64,000 bases of DNA, from NCBI RefSeq assembly GCF_009914755.1, contig NC_060934.1. The stretch is one strand, 5' to 3'. The position numbers were made by a program, and so were the translations under genes. How positions within the stretch are numbered: the stretch's first letter is position 1; each line of letters opens with the position of its first letter. The notes under the pieces were generated by a model, which was not told the origin of the DNA, ran no database searches, and was given only the letters and a program-made list of their open reading frames with translations. Positions 48,829-64,000 of the stretch are shown piece by piece. Source of the DNA: the human T2T-CHM13v2.0 reference genome, Homo sapiens.

Positions 48829-50156
48829 CACACCTGCTTCCTTAGGCCACAGGGCCTTTGGACATCCTATTTCTTCCACAGGGAGCGCTCTTTCCCCTCT
48901 TCCCCTAATTAAAGTCTACTCATCTTTTACATCTCAGCTGGGTTATCATTTCTTCAGGGAACCCTTCCCTGAGCTCCCCAACCAGGTCAGTTCCCCTAGT
49001 TTATGCTTACTTATTCCTCCTCAAGGAGTGTCACAGTTATATTTTACATATGTGTGCATGCATATAATATATGCATGTAATTTTGTGCTCTTTTATACAC
49101 ACAAACACAGCATATCAATGCCTGTCTTAATTAGATGGTAAGCCTCATAAAAAGAGGAACTGTAGAGCTTGTTGGATTTTGTTCATTGCTCTATCCTCAA
49201 TGCCTACTGTAAGGACTAGAATACAGCGGGTCTCATATATTTGTTGAATAAAAAAATGCATGGATACTCAAGGCTGGATTTTGGAGCTTCCTGTGCTGAT
49301 GGCTGTGTTACCCCCGGGGCAGGATCCTTAAACCCAGGAAAAAGAGATTCAGAGGAAGATACTTCTGAGCTTGATGCTGGAATAGCAGCTGATCTCAACT
49401 TTGGGAGTTACATCAATGTTCATCTCAACAGAATGAATCCCTCCTGCCCAGCTCCCACGGACTTGCTTACAAATGCTAATGAGTTCATTTCATTTGTCTC
49501 TACCCAGCAACCCAGGTAGTACCAGCCTCCCAAAGGGAATTAGGGAAGACTTGGAATACTAGGAAAAATACAGGACTAATGAATAGTTTCCATGTGGGAC
49601 CCAGCCCCGCCTCCAGCTCCTTTGTCAGAGGTGGCAGAGATCTTCAACCTGTTCTGACTTTGCACTCAGATTAACAAAACATGCACTGCTAGGGGCACAT
49701 AGATTCTTTCACCAGGCAAAGGTGTTTGGGTTCAGCAAGCTTACACCCTAATTATAAAGGAGGAGAAAATGGGGCAGAGTCTGCAGTGGGGATGGGAAGG
49801 ATTTTTAGGAAGGGCATGGATAAAGAAAAAAAAAGGTTAATAACCAAGTTTGCTGTGAAATTAAAACTTCATGACATATTTGTCCAGACCCTGCCGAACA
49901 TTTGCAAACCTCTCTTTGGGAAGCAAGAGAGACACAGCCAACAGGGAGAAACTGCAGGGTGGGAACCAATTTCCTCCTAGATCTACTCTGGGGAAAATCT
50001 AGAAGCCCAGGACTGCCAGAGACCATCTTCATGTTCTCATTCATGTTCAGACCCCAGCTTTTGAGGGCCTAAAAGCAGCTCAGGCCTTGTTCCACCTTTC
50101 TCAGGGAAAATCTGTGCACCCTGTAAAAATATTAACTAATCCTACCTGAGCAGGAG

Positions 50157-50458
<302 letters not shown>

Positions 50459-51788
50459 AAGAGCAGGAGTTCTTAACGTTTTTGTGTGTCATGGTCCCCT
50501 CTGACCATCTAGTGAAGGATATGGACATTTTCTCAGGCTCCATATTTTGTTTTAAATGCATTAAATACAATATATAGGATTGATTGCAGATTTCTGCTAC
50601 TGACCAAGATGGAGTAATAGAGATCAGAGTTACCCTACCTGAAAAAGCCAGGTGAAGTATATGCAACAACAGTTTTCAAAACATTGACAATTGGGTAACA
50701 TAGGGCAGTTGATCCCCAAGGGATGAGAAATAAACGAGGTGACCACTATGACATTGCCCAGCTTGGGGACATAGGAGAGTGTCTCAACTGTGGCACAAAG
50801 ATGAGGAGCTCATGGTGTCGCTGGGCTGAGAAGGAAAAGCTAGGAGAGAGGGGAGGCCAAGGTGGTGGGAGTTTGCAAAATATCAAAGAGGAGAGAATTT
50901 CACAGAGAGAACTCTTGAAATCTGGAGAGGGTCTCCCTGGAGTCTTCAGCTAAGTCCTGATTAGCACATGTGCATGAAGAAACTATGCGAGACCAGAAAA
51001 AGAACCAGCAAAAGGAACAGAGAGAACTCACATAGGGTCAGGTATAGTTCCTGTTCTCATCAATCAGAGTAGAAAACCTCATAATCCACAGGGCATAAGG
51101 TAGAGTACTCTGAATAATTTTGTCTCAGTAGTTGGAAAAATTTAGGTTGAAACTAACTGCTGCTCTGTTCTCACCCAACAAGGCTTGAAAACAAGACTGA
51201 AAAAATCAGACTGATTCTAAGTAACTTAACCATGCCCCAGAATAAAGCTCAAGAATAATTAGAGTATTTGTGAAAATACAGAAAATATCCAGCACTCAAA
51301 AAGGTAAAATTCACGATGTCTGATGTGTGATAACTATCAGGCATGCAAAGAATTAGGGAAAGACAACCAATAGTGAGTATAAAAATTACTCAATCAAAAC
51401 TGAATCAGAAATGATGCAGAGGACAGAATTAGCAGACAGGAACAATGGAAGTTATATTCAAGAAGCTAGAGGAACAATTAAGCATATTAAGTAGAGACAT
51501 CAAAGATATTTTTAAAAATCTTAATAAGAATTCTAAAGATGAAAACTATAATGTCTAAGATGTAAAGTACATTAGATCAGATTAACAGCAGATTACACAC
51601 TGCAGAGAATGATTAATGAACTTACAAACGTAATAGAAACTAAAGTAAAACACAAAGGAAAAAAGACTTATAAAAAATATACAAGAATCATTGAGCTATA
51701 GGAAAACTTCAAGTAGCCCAATACATGTGTAACTAGAGTCTTCAAATGATAAAGTATTTGAAGAAATAATGTTCAAAAACTTTTCCTA

Positions 51789-52237
<449 letters not shown>

Positions 52238-52429
52238 TCAAGAAGCATTGTTTCTATGCACATAGACACAAAGATAAGAATAACAGTAGAATTCTTGTTA
52301 GAAACAATGCAAACCAGAAGACAGTGAAGCAAAATCTTTAAAGAACTGAAAGAAAAAAAAAACCCCAACACTGATAAGTTAGAATTTTATAGTTAGCAAA
52401 AAGATCTTTCAAAAATGAAAGCAAATAAC

Positions 52430-53390
52430 CAAAGACGGCAAATAAGCATATGAAAAGATGTTCAACATCATATAAAACTAGGGAATTGCAGTTTAAAAGG
52501 AATAACGAGATACTACTATACGTCTATTAGAATGGTTGAAATCCAAAAATACTGAAAATATCAAATGCTGACAAGGACGTGGCATAACAGGGACTCTCGT
52601 TCATTGTTGGTACTGGATGGGAGCCATTTTGGAAGACAGTTTAGCACTTTGGAAGGCAATTCTTACAAAACTAATCATAACTCTTACCATGTGATCCAGC
52701 AACCATACTCCCTGGTATTTATCCAAATAAGCTGAAAATTTTGTCCACATAAAAACCTGCACACAAATGTTTATAGCAGCTTTGATCATACTTACCAAAC
52801 CGTGGAAGCAACCAAGATGCTCTTTAGTAGATGAATGGATAAATAAACTGTGGTACATCCAGACAATGGAATATTATTCAGCACTAAAAAGAAAAGAGCT
52901 GCCAAGCCATAAAAAGACATGGAGGAAACTTAAATGTAAATTACGAAGTGAAAGAAGCCAATGTGAAAAAGATATGTGCTATACGAATCCAACCTTATGA
53001 CCATCTGGAAAAGGCAGAACTATAAAGACAGTAAAAAGATTAGTGGTTGCCAGGTGTTGGGGGAGAGGGAAGGATAAATAGGCAGAGCACAGAGGATTTT
53101 TAGGGAAGTGAAATTATTCTATGTAAAATGATAATGGTGAATACATGCTATTGTACATTTGTCAAAACTCATAGAATGAACAAGAGTAGACCCTAATGAG
53201 AATGATGAAATTTGAGTGGTAATGATGTGTCAATGTATGTTCATCAATTATAACAAATACGCAACTCTGGTGCAGGATGTTGATAGTGGGAGAGGCTGTG
53301 CATGTGTTGAGGCAGGAGAACATATGGGAAATATCTGTACCTTCTGCTCAATTTTGATGTGAACCTAAAACTGCTCTAAAGAATAAAGTC
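52430..53390 (+). mobile_element. L1MC1-like 3' end
   Basis: gatgaatggataaataaactgtggtacatcc..gtgaacctaaaactgctctaaa. Confidence 0.8.
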
Positions 53391-53760
<370 letters not shown>

Positions 53761-54362
53761 TCATCACCAGCAGATCCATACTACAAGAAATGTTAAGGGA
53801 AATTCTTCAGGCAGAAGGAAAATTGCATCGGTTGGAAATCCAGATCTACATGAAGGAATAAAGAGTATCAGAAACATTAATTACATGGGTAAATATCTGA
53901 CTTTTTCCTTATTATGTAAATCTATGTAAAAGATATTTGACTGTTTAAAGCAAAATTAACAATGTATTATAGGGTTTATAAGATACGTGGTGGTAAAATG
54001 TGTGGCAATAATGACACAGAGACTGGGTGAGGATAAATGGAAGTATGTGATTGTAAGTTTCTCATACTGTATGTAGAAAGGTATAATATCATTTGAAGGT
54101 AGACAGTGATAAGTTAAAGATATATACCATCAACCCTAAAGCAATCATCAAAATAACAAAACAAAGAGTTATAGCTATAACCCAACAAAGATGATAAAAT
54201 GACATCATAAAAATGTTCAGTTCATTCAAAAGAAGGTAAAAAAGAGGGGAAAAAAACCCCAAAGAACAGAAATAACAAATAGAAAATAAATGGCAAGACG
54301 ATATATTTAAACCCAGCTATAGCAATACTCACATTAATGTAAATGGTCTGAACATTTCAATT

Positions 54363-54666
54363 GGCCGGGTGCGGTGGCTCACGCCTGTAGCCCCAGAACT
54401 TTGGGAGGACAAAGGGGGCAGATCACTTGAGGCCAGGAGTTCAAGACAAGCCTGGTCAGCATGGTGAAACCCTGTCTCTACTAAAAATACAAAAATTAGT
54501 CAGGTGTGGTGGCACACGCCTGTAGTCCCAGCTACTTGGGAGACAGAGGCACGAGAATCACTTGCACCAGGGAGGCGAAGGTTGCAGTGAGCCGAGATAA
54601 TGCCACTTCACTCCAGCTTGGGCGACAGAACAAAACTCTGTCTCAAGAAAAAAAAGAAAAAAAAAA
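54363..54666 (+). mobile_element. AluS-like
   Basis: Full dimer. Confidence 0.92.
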
Positions 54667-54745
54667 GCAGTTAAAAATAATTAATTTAAAAAACCCACAG
54701 GATTAACCCAATTACATTGAAATGCAGCTATCAAAATATTTTTTA

Positions 54746-55158
<413 letters not shown>

Positions 55159-56496
55159 CCTCCTGCAATGCCTAGATCCCTTGTCTTGTGGAAGTTGCAA
55201 TGGGTCTGGTGGGACAACAGCCATCAATGCTGGTGGTCAGTATTGGAGGCTGGGGCTCCCTAGGGAGGGTGGAGTGTTCTACGTTGAGAAGGACCAGGGT
55301 AGGAAGAGCCAGAATGAACTCTAATCCCCAAAAGAGTCTGGGTCCAGTGGGAAATCACGACTACTTGATATGTCCCAATAAAAAGAGCCTGCCTGGGCCA
55401 ACAGAAGGGGCCAGAAACCAGGAACGGGGGTTCTGGGTGATTACTAGGGATGGAGTGAAAGAGCCCTCAAGAGCCCAAGGGTAAGGATAGTGGGTTGGGT
55501 TTGTTTGTTTTTTTTCTTTTTTTTTTCTTTTTTTTGGTCTAGCTTCTGGAACAGCACTAAAAGTCTCCAGATGACAGATATTGGAAATTGTAGGTGAGGT
55601 TGCAACCTTTACATCACCTTCCCCAGACTAAGGAATTAGTAGCTGGATGTTAGCAATGTGATTGATGATTCATTGGAAGAGCTAGTGAGGCCAGCAAAGC
55701 AGAACAGTTATGATACAATCAGGTATCATAAAAGTCATTCATAGTTTATAACTTGTCCTGTTACTGACATTTTAGCTGCCCCAGGGATTTTCGAGTCACT
55801 CCAGGTGACTAGACAATGCATCTTTTCCACCACGGACTTGGCTGGAATGTAGGCTCTTACTTGGCTCAGGGACCTGCTACTCACATAGGAGCCAGATTTC
55901 AGCCTCTCCCTGTGAACCTTCAGAGATTCCCCAAAGGAGTAATACTGTGAGCATGCTCCCACCTCCCTAGCCAGACTCTGGGGGACAGGCACCAAGTACC
56001 AGCCTGAAAAGCAAATCTGCGGTAGACCTTGCTTCTAAGGCAAGGGACTTTGAAAAGATGCTATGGATGTTGGCAGGAGCCTCACATGGATCTGGGCAGA
56101 CCACAGGGTGTAAGGTATTAGACTGCGTGCTCTGAGTGAATGACTGCCATGCCAAGTTCAAGTTTTAAATTCTTAGCATCTAGTACAATACCTTGGCACA
56201 TATGAAGATGCTTTGTAATTCTTTTTAAATTGAACTGAACTATCTAATGGTGATATTAGTGAATGTGAACATAGATTCTGTAGAATTGTGAAGCTGGGAA
56301 ATAATTTAAATATTAATTGGGAAGTACATACCATAGACAAAAAAAAAATGTCCAGTGGATCTAAATGTGAAAGATAAAACAAAATTCTTCTAGAAGGCAA
56401 CATATGGGAATATGTTTATGCCCTTGGGGTAGGTAATGATTTCTCACATAACACATATACTCACAAAAGCAATAACCATAAAGGTTACTAATATTA

Positions 56497-56829
<333 letters not shown>

Positions 56830-57564
56830 TCATCAAAATGCACCATTATGAGAATGAGAAGGCAAGCAATAGAGAAGGTATTTATAAAACCTATGTCTGA
56901 TAAAGGACTCATATGTAGACTATGTAAAGAATTCTTATAAATCAATAGGAAAGAGATGGACCACCTATTTTTTAAAATGGACCAAAGACTTGAACAGGCA
57001 TTTCACTAAAGAGGATATCTAAATAGCCAATATGTGTGTGAAAAGATGCTCAACATCATTAGTTAACAAGGAAATGCAGATTAAAACCAATGATATACCA
57101 CCGTACACTCACCATAAAAGGGGAAAAACTGACCATATCAAGTACAGCAATTGCATCTCTCTGTACATTCTTGTATAACTGGTTCAACAATTTTTGAAGA
57201 ATTTTGGTACTATCTATTAAAGTGAGCTTATTGTCACATTCCAGATGTCACAATGCATTCGTATATGAACATGTGCAAGAATATTCATAGCAACCCTGTT
57301 TATCTTGGCTAAAACCAACCTAATGTTTAAGCTACAGAAGACAGGATAAGTACATTTATCTTCATTGTACATGCATTTGTGCATAAAAACACATATATGT
57401 ACACACACGTATATTTACAATGTACAAGTAATAAATGTATATTCATTGTATGTTATAAATTTATATAAACATTGTACACAATGGAATACTATACAGTGAA
57501 GAAAACGACTACTGCTACATTGTTGCATCTCACAGATAAAATGTTAAGTAAAAGAAGCTGGAAT

Positions 57565-57703
57565 GTTTTGTGTTAGTAGAGATGGGGTTTCATCGTGTAG
57601 CACCACTGCACTCCAGACTGGGAGACAGAGCAAGACTCTGAGGAAATTGACACTCTGAGACACACTTTGAGACTCTGTCTCAAAAAAAAAAAAAAAAAAA
57701 AAA
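57565..57703 (+). mobile_element. Rearranged mini-Alu (inverted 5' piece plus sense 3' end)
   Basis: Antisense Alu 57565-57598 joined to sense 3' end and poly-A; TSD aaaagaagctggaat. Confidence 0.85.
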
Positions 57704-57805
57704 GAAGCTGGAATCTGGAATCAAAAGAGCATGTACTGTATGATTCCATTTATACAATACACAAGAACAGGTCAAACTAATCTAGACTTATAAAAGTCAG
57801 AATAG

Positions 57806-58262
<457 letters not shown>

Positions 58263-58377
58263 TTTTGGGAGAATATCTATTTGGAGGGTATGCAAGGATT
58301 GTTTATGTGGTTCTGGTAATATTCTAGATGGTAAGTTGCATGGGCGTTTGCATTTGTAAACATTCATAAGGTGAATA

Positions 58378-58677
58378 TTTTATTTATTTTTTTTTTTTGA
58401 GACGGAGTCTCGCTTTGTCACCCTGGCTGGAGTGCAGTGGCACGATCTCAGCCCACTGCAAGCTCCGCCTCCTGGGTCACGCCATTCTCCTGCCTCAGCC
58501 TCCGGAGTAGCTGGGACTACAGGCACTCACCACCATGCCCGGCTAATTTTTTTGTATTTTTAGTAGAGATGGGGTTTCACCGTGTTAGCCAGGATGGTCT
58601 CAATCTGCTGACCTCGTGATCTGCCCGTCTTGGCCTCCCAAAGTGCTGGCATTACAGGCATGAGCCACTGTGCCCCG
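58378..58677 (-). mobile_element. AluY-like
   Basis: gcaagctccgcc..cacgccatt; gttagccaggatgg. Confidence 0.94.
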
Positions 58678-58726
58678 CAGAATATTTAAAATTTTTGCAG
58701 TTTATGATATGAATGTTATACTCTAA

Positions 58727-59146
<420 letters not shown>

Positions 59147-59486
59147 TAGAGTGAGTTTGGTCAAGCTTTTCGAGGTCTCAGTTTTTTCATCTGTAAGATG
59201 GAAACAGTTTTAACAAGAGATACTTCTACTAACTCCATTTTATGTAAGAGAAAATGGAAGTGTGCCTTCTGCTTTGCTACTGGAAAGTGCTTCTTAAATT
59301 GTAAAAGATTCAACAAATCTAAGACGTTACGTATGATTATTTAGGACAGAAGATTTTAATACAAAGTCTAGGGATTATTTGCAAAAATTTAAATGTCAGT
59401 GCATTTTCCTGGTGAGACAGCCTAAATCTAGCTTTGGATTCTCAAAGGGGTTTCTGACAACCTTCCCTACAAGTTGAAAAGTTAGG

Positions 59487-59790
59487 GCCGGGCACGTTGG
59501 CTCACGCCTGTAATCCCAGCACTTTGGGAGGCCAAGGCGGGTGGATCACCTGATGTCAGGAGTTTGAAACCGGCCTGGCCAACACAGTGAAACCCAGTCT
59601 CTACTAAAAATACAAAAATTAGCTGGGTGTGGTAGCGTGCACCTGTAATCCCAGCTACTTGGGAGGCTGAGGTGAGAGAATCTCTTGAACCCGGGGTGGA
59701 CGTTGCAGTGAGCTGAGATTGTGCCACTGCACTCCAACCTGGGCAACAAGAGCGAAACTCCATCCCTACATAAATACATAAATAAATAAA
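59487..59790 (+). mobile_element. AluS-like
   Basis: TSD aaaagttag. Confidence 0.93.
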
Positions 59791-60884
59791 AGTTAGAAGA
59801 CCCTTGGTCGGAAGAAGACCATCCATCCCAGAGTAAGCAGTAATAGCCTTGACTGGACTACTGTGACCTGGAGTTCCTTTCTTCCCCTTTGTCCTAGCCT
59901 TCCTTCTTTCCTTCCTTTTCATTGCAAAGCAGGCCGCATTGGGAAGCCACCATTCAGTTGCCTCCCTTTTGTAAGCAGGGTCTAGGGGTGGAGGATGGCA
60001 GGCCTTCCTCACCGGGAGCTATGCTCTTGCTTAATTAGTGTTTGCCAAGGGCTGCAGATTATTAAATTACTAGTCAATTGTGATGAAGCCTTGGGGGCTT
60101 TCGAAATCTATGTGCTGCCCTAACTGGATGGGAGGGACTTGCCTGAAGGGACAGGGAGAGGAGGGTGTTTGGAGTCGCTCTTTTGGTGGGGCTGCCCCTC
60201 CCAGTGGATAGCACCACAAAGAGATCCCAAAGGGTCTTTGCTGCTACTGTCCAGATTATCTTTGGGGCCTGAAAGCCACCATTAGGGATGTGTTTGATTT
60301 GAGTTTAGGCACCTTTCCTTTGTATAAAGCAGCTGTTCTTGAGAGGATTAACTGGGAGGGATAGGATAACAGTGATAAGAGCTAAGGTCTACTGGGCTCT
60401 CCCAAGGAGCCAGAACTATGCTAAATGCTGGTATTCCATCCCCATCTGGAGAGGGGAGGCAAGAAAGGGAAACTGCCCCATTGAAAGACGTAGAAATCAA
60501 GGCAACTCTACATGTTATTTCACTGAATCCTCGTAATAACACTCACACGTAGATATTCCAACCCTGTTTTACAGATAAGGGAAGAGAGTCAGAGTGATTT
60601 ATGGAGGGGCCCAAGGTCATGCATCCACACAGGGCAAGATCCACACGATCCAAGATTTCAGTCCTGCTGCTGAGGCCAAGAGGCTCCCCCGAGCAGGGCA
60701 TGGGTTCTCAACAGGACTGTGGGGGCTGGGGAGAGTCACAGTTGGAAAAAACTTCCCAGGCCATTCTAATACAGCCCCTGGTTGGCTGGGGGAGTTGGGA
60801 TTGGGGAGAAGGGATTGTGGCATCCCCCTAACCAGTTAGAGAACTGATTTACTAAAGTGAATCTAAAGTATATCACATTTCTAA

Positions 60885-61959
<1,075 letters not shown>

Positions 61960-62214
61960 GGGGAGAGTAAAGGGTGCTGTTTTGGGGTGGGGGGTGAGGA
62001 AGGGGCAAAGCTGGGGAGAGAGCTCTGGAGATCCCACAAAAAAGCCTAAGTAGGGGAGGAATGGATGGACAAATGTTAACTTCACAGCGTAGCCGGGTGT
62101 GAGTTTTGCTTTAAAGAAATCTATTTATATTTTGCCAAGATCCCCTTTATACTCCCAGGGTGTCACAGAAAATCGTGAGGATGAGTCTGTCATTGGGTTG
62201 ACCAGAATCCAGGA

Positions 62215-62400
62215 GCAAAAAAAAGATCTGGACTGGGAGACAGGAAACCTGCATTCCAGTCCTGGTCTGGCCACTTACCAACTATGGGACACTGGGCCAC
62301 CCTGGATCTCTTGGAGTCTCAGTTTCTTTTCCTGTAAAATGGGGGTAATTATATTTGTTCTCTCTACCTCACAAGGTGTTTTAAGCAGCAAGCAGGACAA
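62215..62400 (+). mobile_element. MIR
   Basis: ctcagtttcttttcctgtaaaatggggg..tacctcaca. Confidence 0.75.
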
Positions 62401-62433
62401 TCTATAAGAAACGGCTTTTGGAAGGACAATCCC

Positions 62434-62854
62434 TGTTAGGCTGTTCTTGTGCTGCGGTAAGGAGATACCTGAGACTGGGCAATTTATAAAGAAAAGGGGC
62501 TTACTTGGCTCAGAGTTCTTCAGGGTATACAGAAAGCGCAGCACTGACATTGCTGGGCTTCTGGAAAGGTTGCAGGGAGCTTTTGATGATCATGGCGGAA
62601 GGCAAAGGGGGAGCAGGGATGTCACATGGTGAAAGCAAGAGCAAGCGAAAGAGAGTGAATGGGAGGGGGGTGCCACACGCTTTTTAATGACCAGATCTCA
62701 CTCACTATGATGAAGACAGCGCCAAGCCATTACAGCACCAAGCCATGAGGGATCAGCCCCCATGATCCAAACACCTCCCACCAGGCCCCATCTCCAGCAC
62801 TGGGGATTACAATTCAACCTGAGACTTGGGAGGGGCAAATATCCAACTCTATCA
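62434..62854 (-). mobile_element. MST (MSTB-like) solo LTR
   Basis: atacctgagactgggcaatttataaagaaaag..atccaactctatca; TSD-like atccc/atctc. Confidence 0.88.
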
Positions 62855-62949
62855 ATCTCCTTACAGGACAGAGGATGCTGCGGTTGTGAAATCTGTATGC
62901 AGGTCTCCAAGCACATTTGGATAAGTGGGATTAATCAGTTTTTTAAATT

Positions 62950-63255
62950 TTTTTTACTTTTTTTTTTTTTTTTTTTTGAGACAGTCTTGCTCTGTCTCCC
63001 AGGCTAGAGTGCAGTGGTGCGATCTTGGCTCACCCCTACCTCTGCCTTCTATGCTTAAGTGATTCTCCTGCCTCACTCCTGAATAGCTGGGATTACAGGC
63101 ACCTGTCACCATGCCCGGCTAATTTTTATAATTTTAGTAGAGAAAGGGTTTCACCATGTTGGCCAGGCTGGTCTCAAACTCCTGACCTCAAATGATCCAC
63201 CTGCCTTGGCCTCCCAAAGTGCTCGGATTACAGGTGCGAAACACTGCACCTGGCC
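62950..63255 (-). mobile_element. AluS-like
   Basis: Full dimer. Confidence 0.93.
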
Positions 63256-63300
63256 CATCATTTATTTTCAAACTGAAGGAGTGAAATTAAATATTTTGTC

Positions 63301-63668
<368 letters not shown>

Positions 63669-63888
63669 TTAAAATTATATATCAGGTGCAGTGTTAATGA
63701 TGGCTACCTTAAAATTTCCCCAACTTGTGTGAGAGGTATGGATATAAGAGAAGAGGAAGAAAGTCAAAGCATTTATCTCTCAAAATAGAGCATTACTTTC
63801 ATCCTGATGGCACAAATAATCCATGCCTAGTTGTGAAAAAATGATAATAATAAAAGACAACATAGGAAAGTATGAAAATGAAAGCAAA

Positions 63889-64000
63889 GGCTGGGTGCAC
63901 TGGCTCACATCTGTAATCCCAGTGCTTTGGGAGGCTGAGGTGGGAGGATTGCTTGAGTCTAGGAGTTTGAGACCAGCTTAGGCAACATAGCGAGACTTTG
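63889..64000 (+). mobile_element. Alu left arm (J-like), cut by window edge
   Basis: ggctgggtgcactggctcac..gaccagc. Confidence 0.9.

Noticed and set aside
48440-49141. 233-aa ORF
   Set aside because: Runs across MLT1-like LTR and L2 remnants; no recognisable domain.
49241-49519. 92-aa ORF in unique sequence as a possible exon
   Set aside because: No recognisable protein and no convincing splice-site pair; an lncRNA exon cannot be excluded without RNA data.

Overview
Mammalian, almost certainly primate (human-like), genomic DNA that is intronic or intergenic. I see no credible protein-coding exon, tRNA, rRNA or CRISPR array. I count about 55 Alu copies or fragments by hand (roughly a quarter of the window), plus L1 (L1PB/L1MA/L1MC-like), L2, MIR, MaLR/ERVL solo LTRs (THE1, MST, MLT1, MLT2, LTR16-like) and DNA-transposon fossils (MER45A, MER53, MER58A, MER63, MER20, MER5, MER91, Tigger). 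Several microsatellites are present, including a ~765-bp TA/TATG array. Subfamily names come from remembered consensus features and need RepeatMasker/Dfam confirmation. I could not identify the locus. The most interesting signal is a set of fossil DNA-repair and template-switch scars rather than a gene. (i) A composite templated insertion at 9471-9797 inside an MLT1 LTR: a fold-back hairpin at each junction, a 252-bp inverted copy of 8521-8772 and a 22-bp direct copy of 8345-8366. (ii) A second ~174-bp inverted templated insertion 3 kb away. (iii) An Alu flanked by an ~87-bp direct duplication. (iv) A 5'-inverted, stuttered mini-Alu with an intact target-site duplication (TSD). Repeat-free islands (7.3-8.7, 19.4-20.6, 31.9-33.9 kb) carry motif clusters (TCF/LEF; CRE/AP-1/GC/CCAAT; ETS-CRE/AP-1/YY1) that suggest enhancers. 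I found no evidence for a new multi-gene system.
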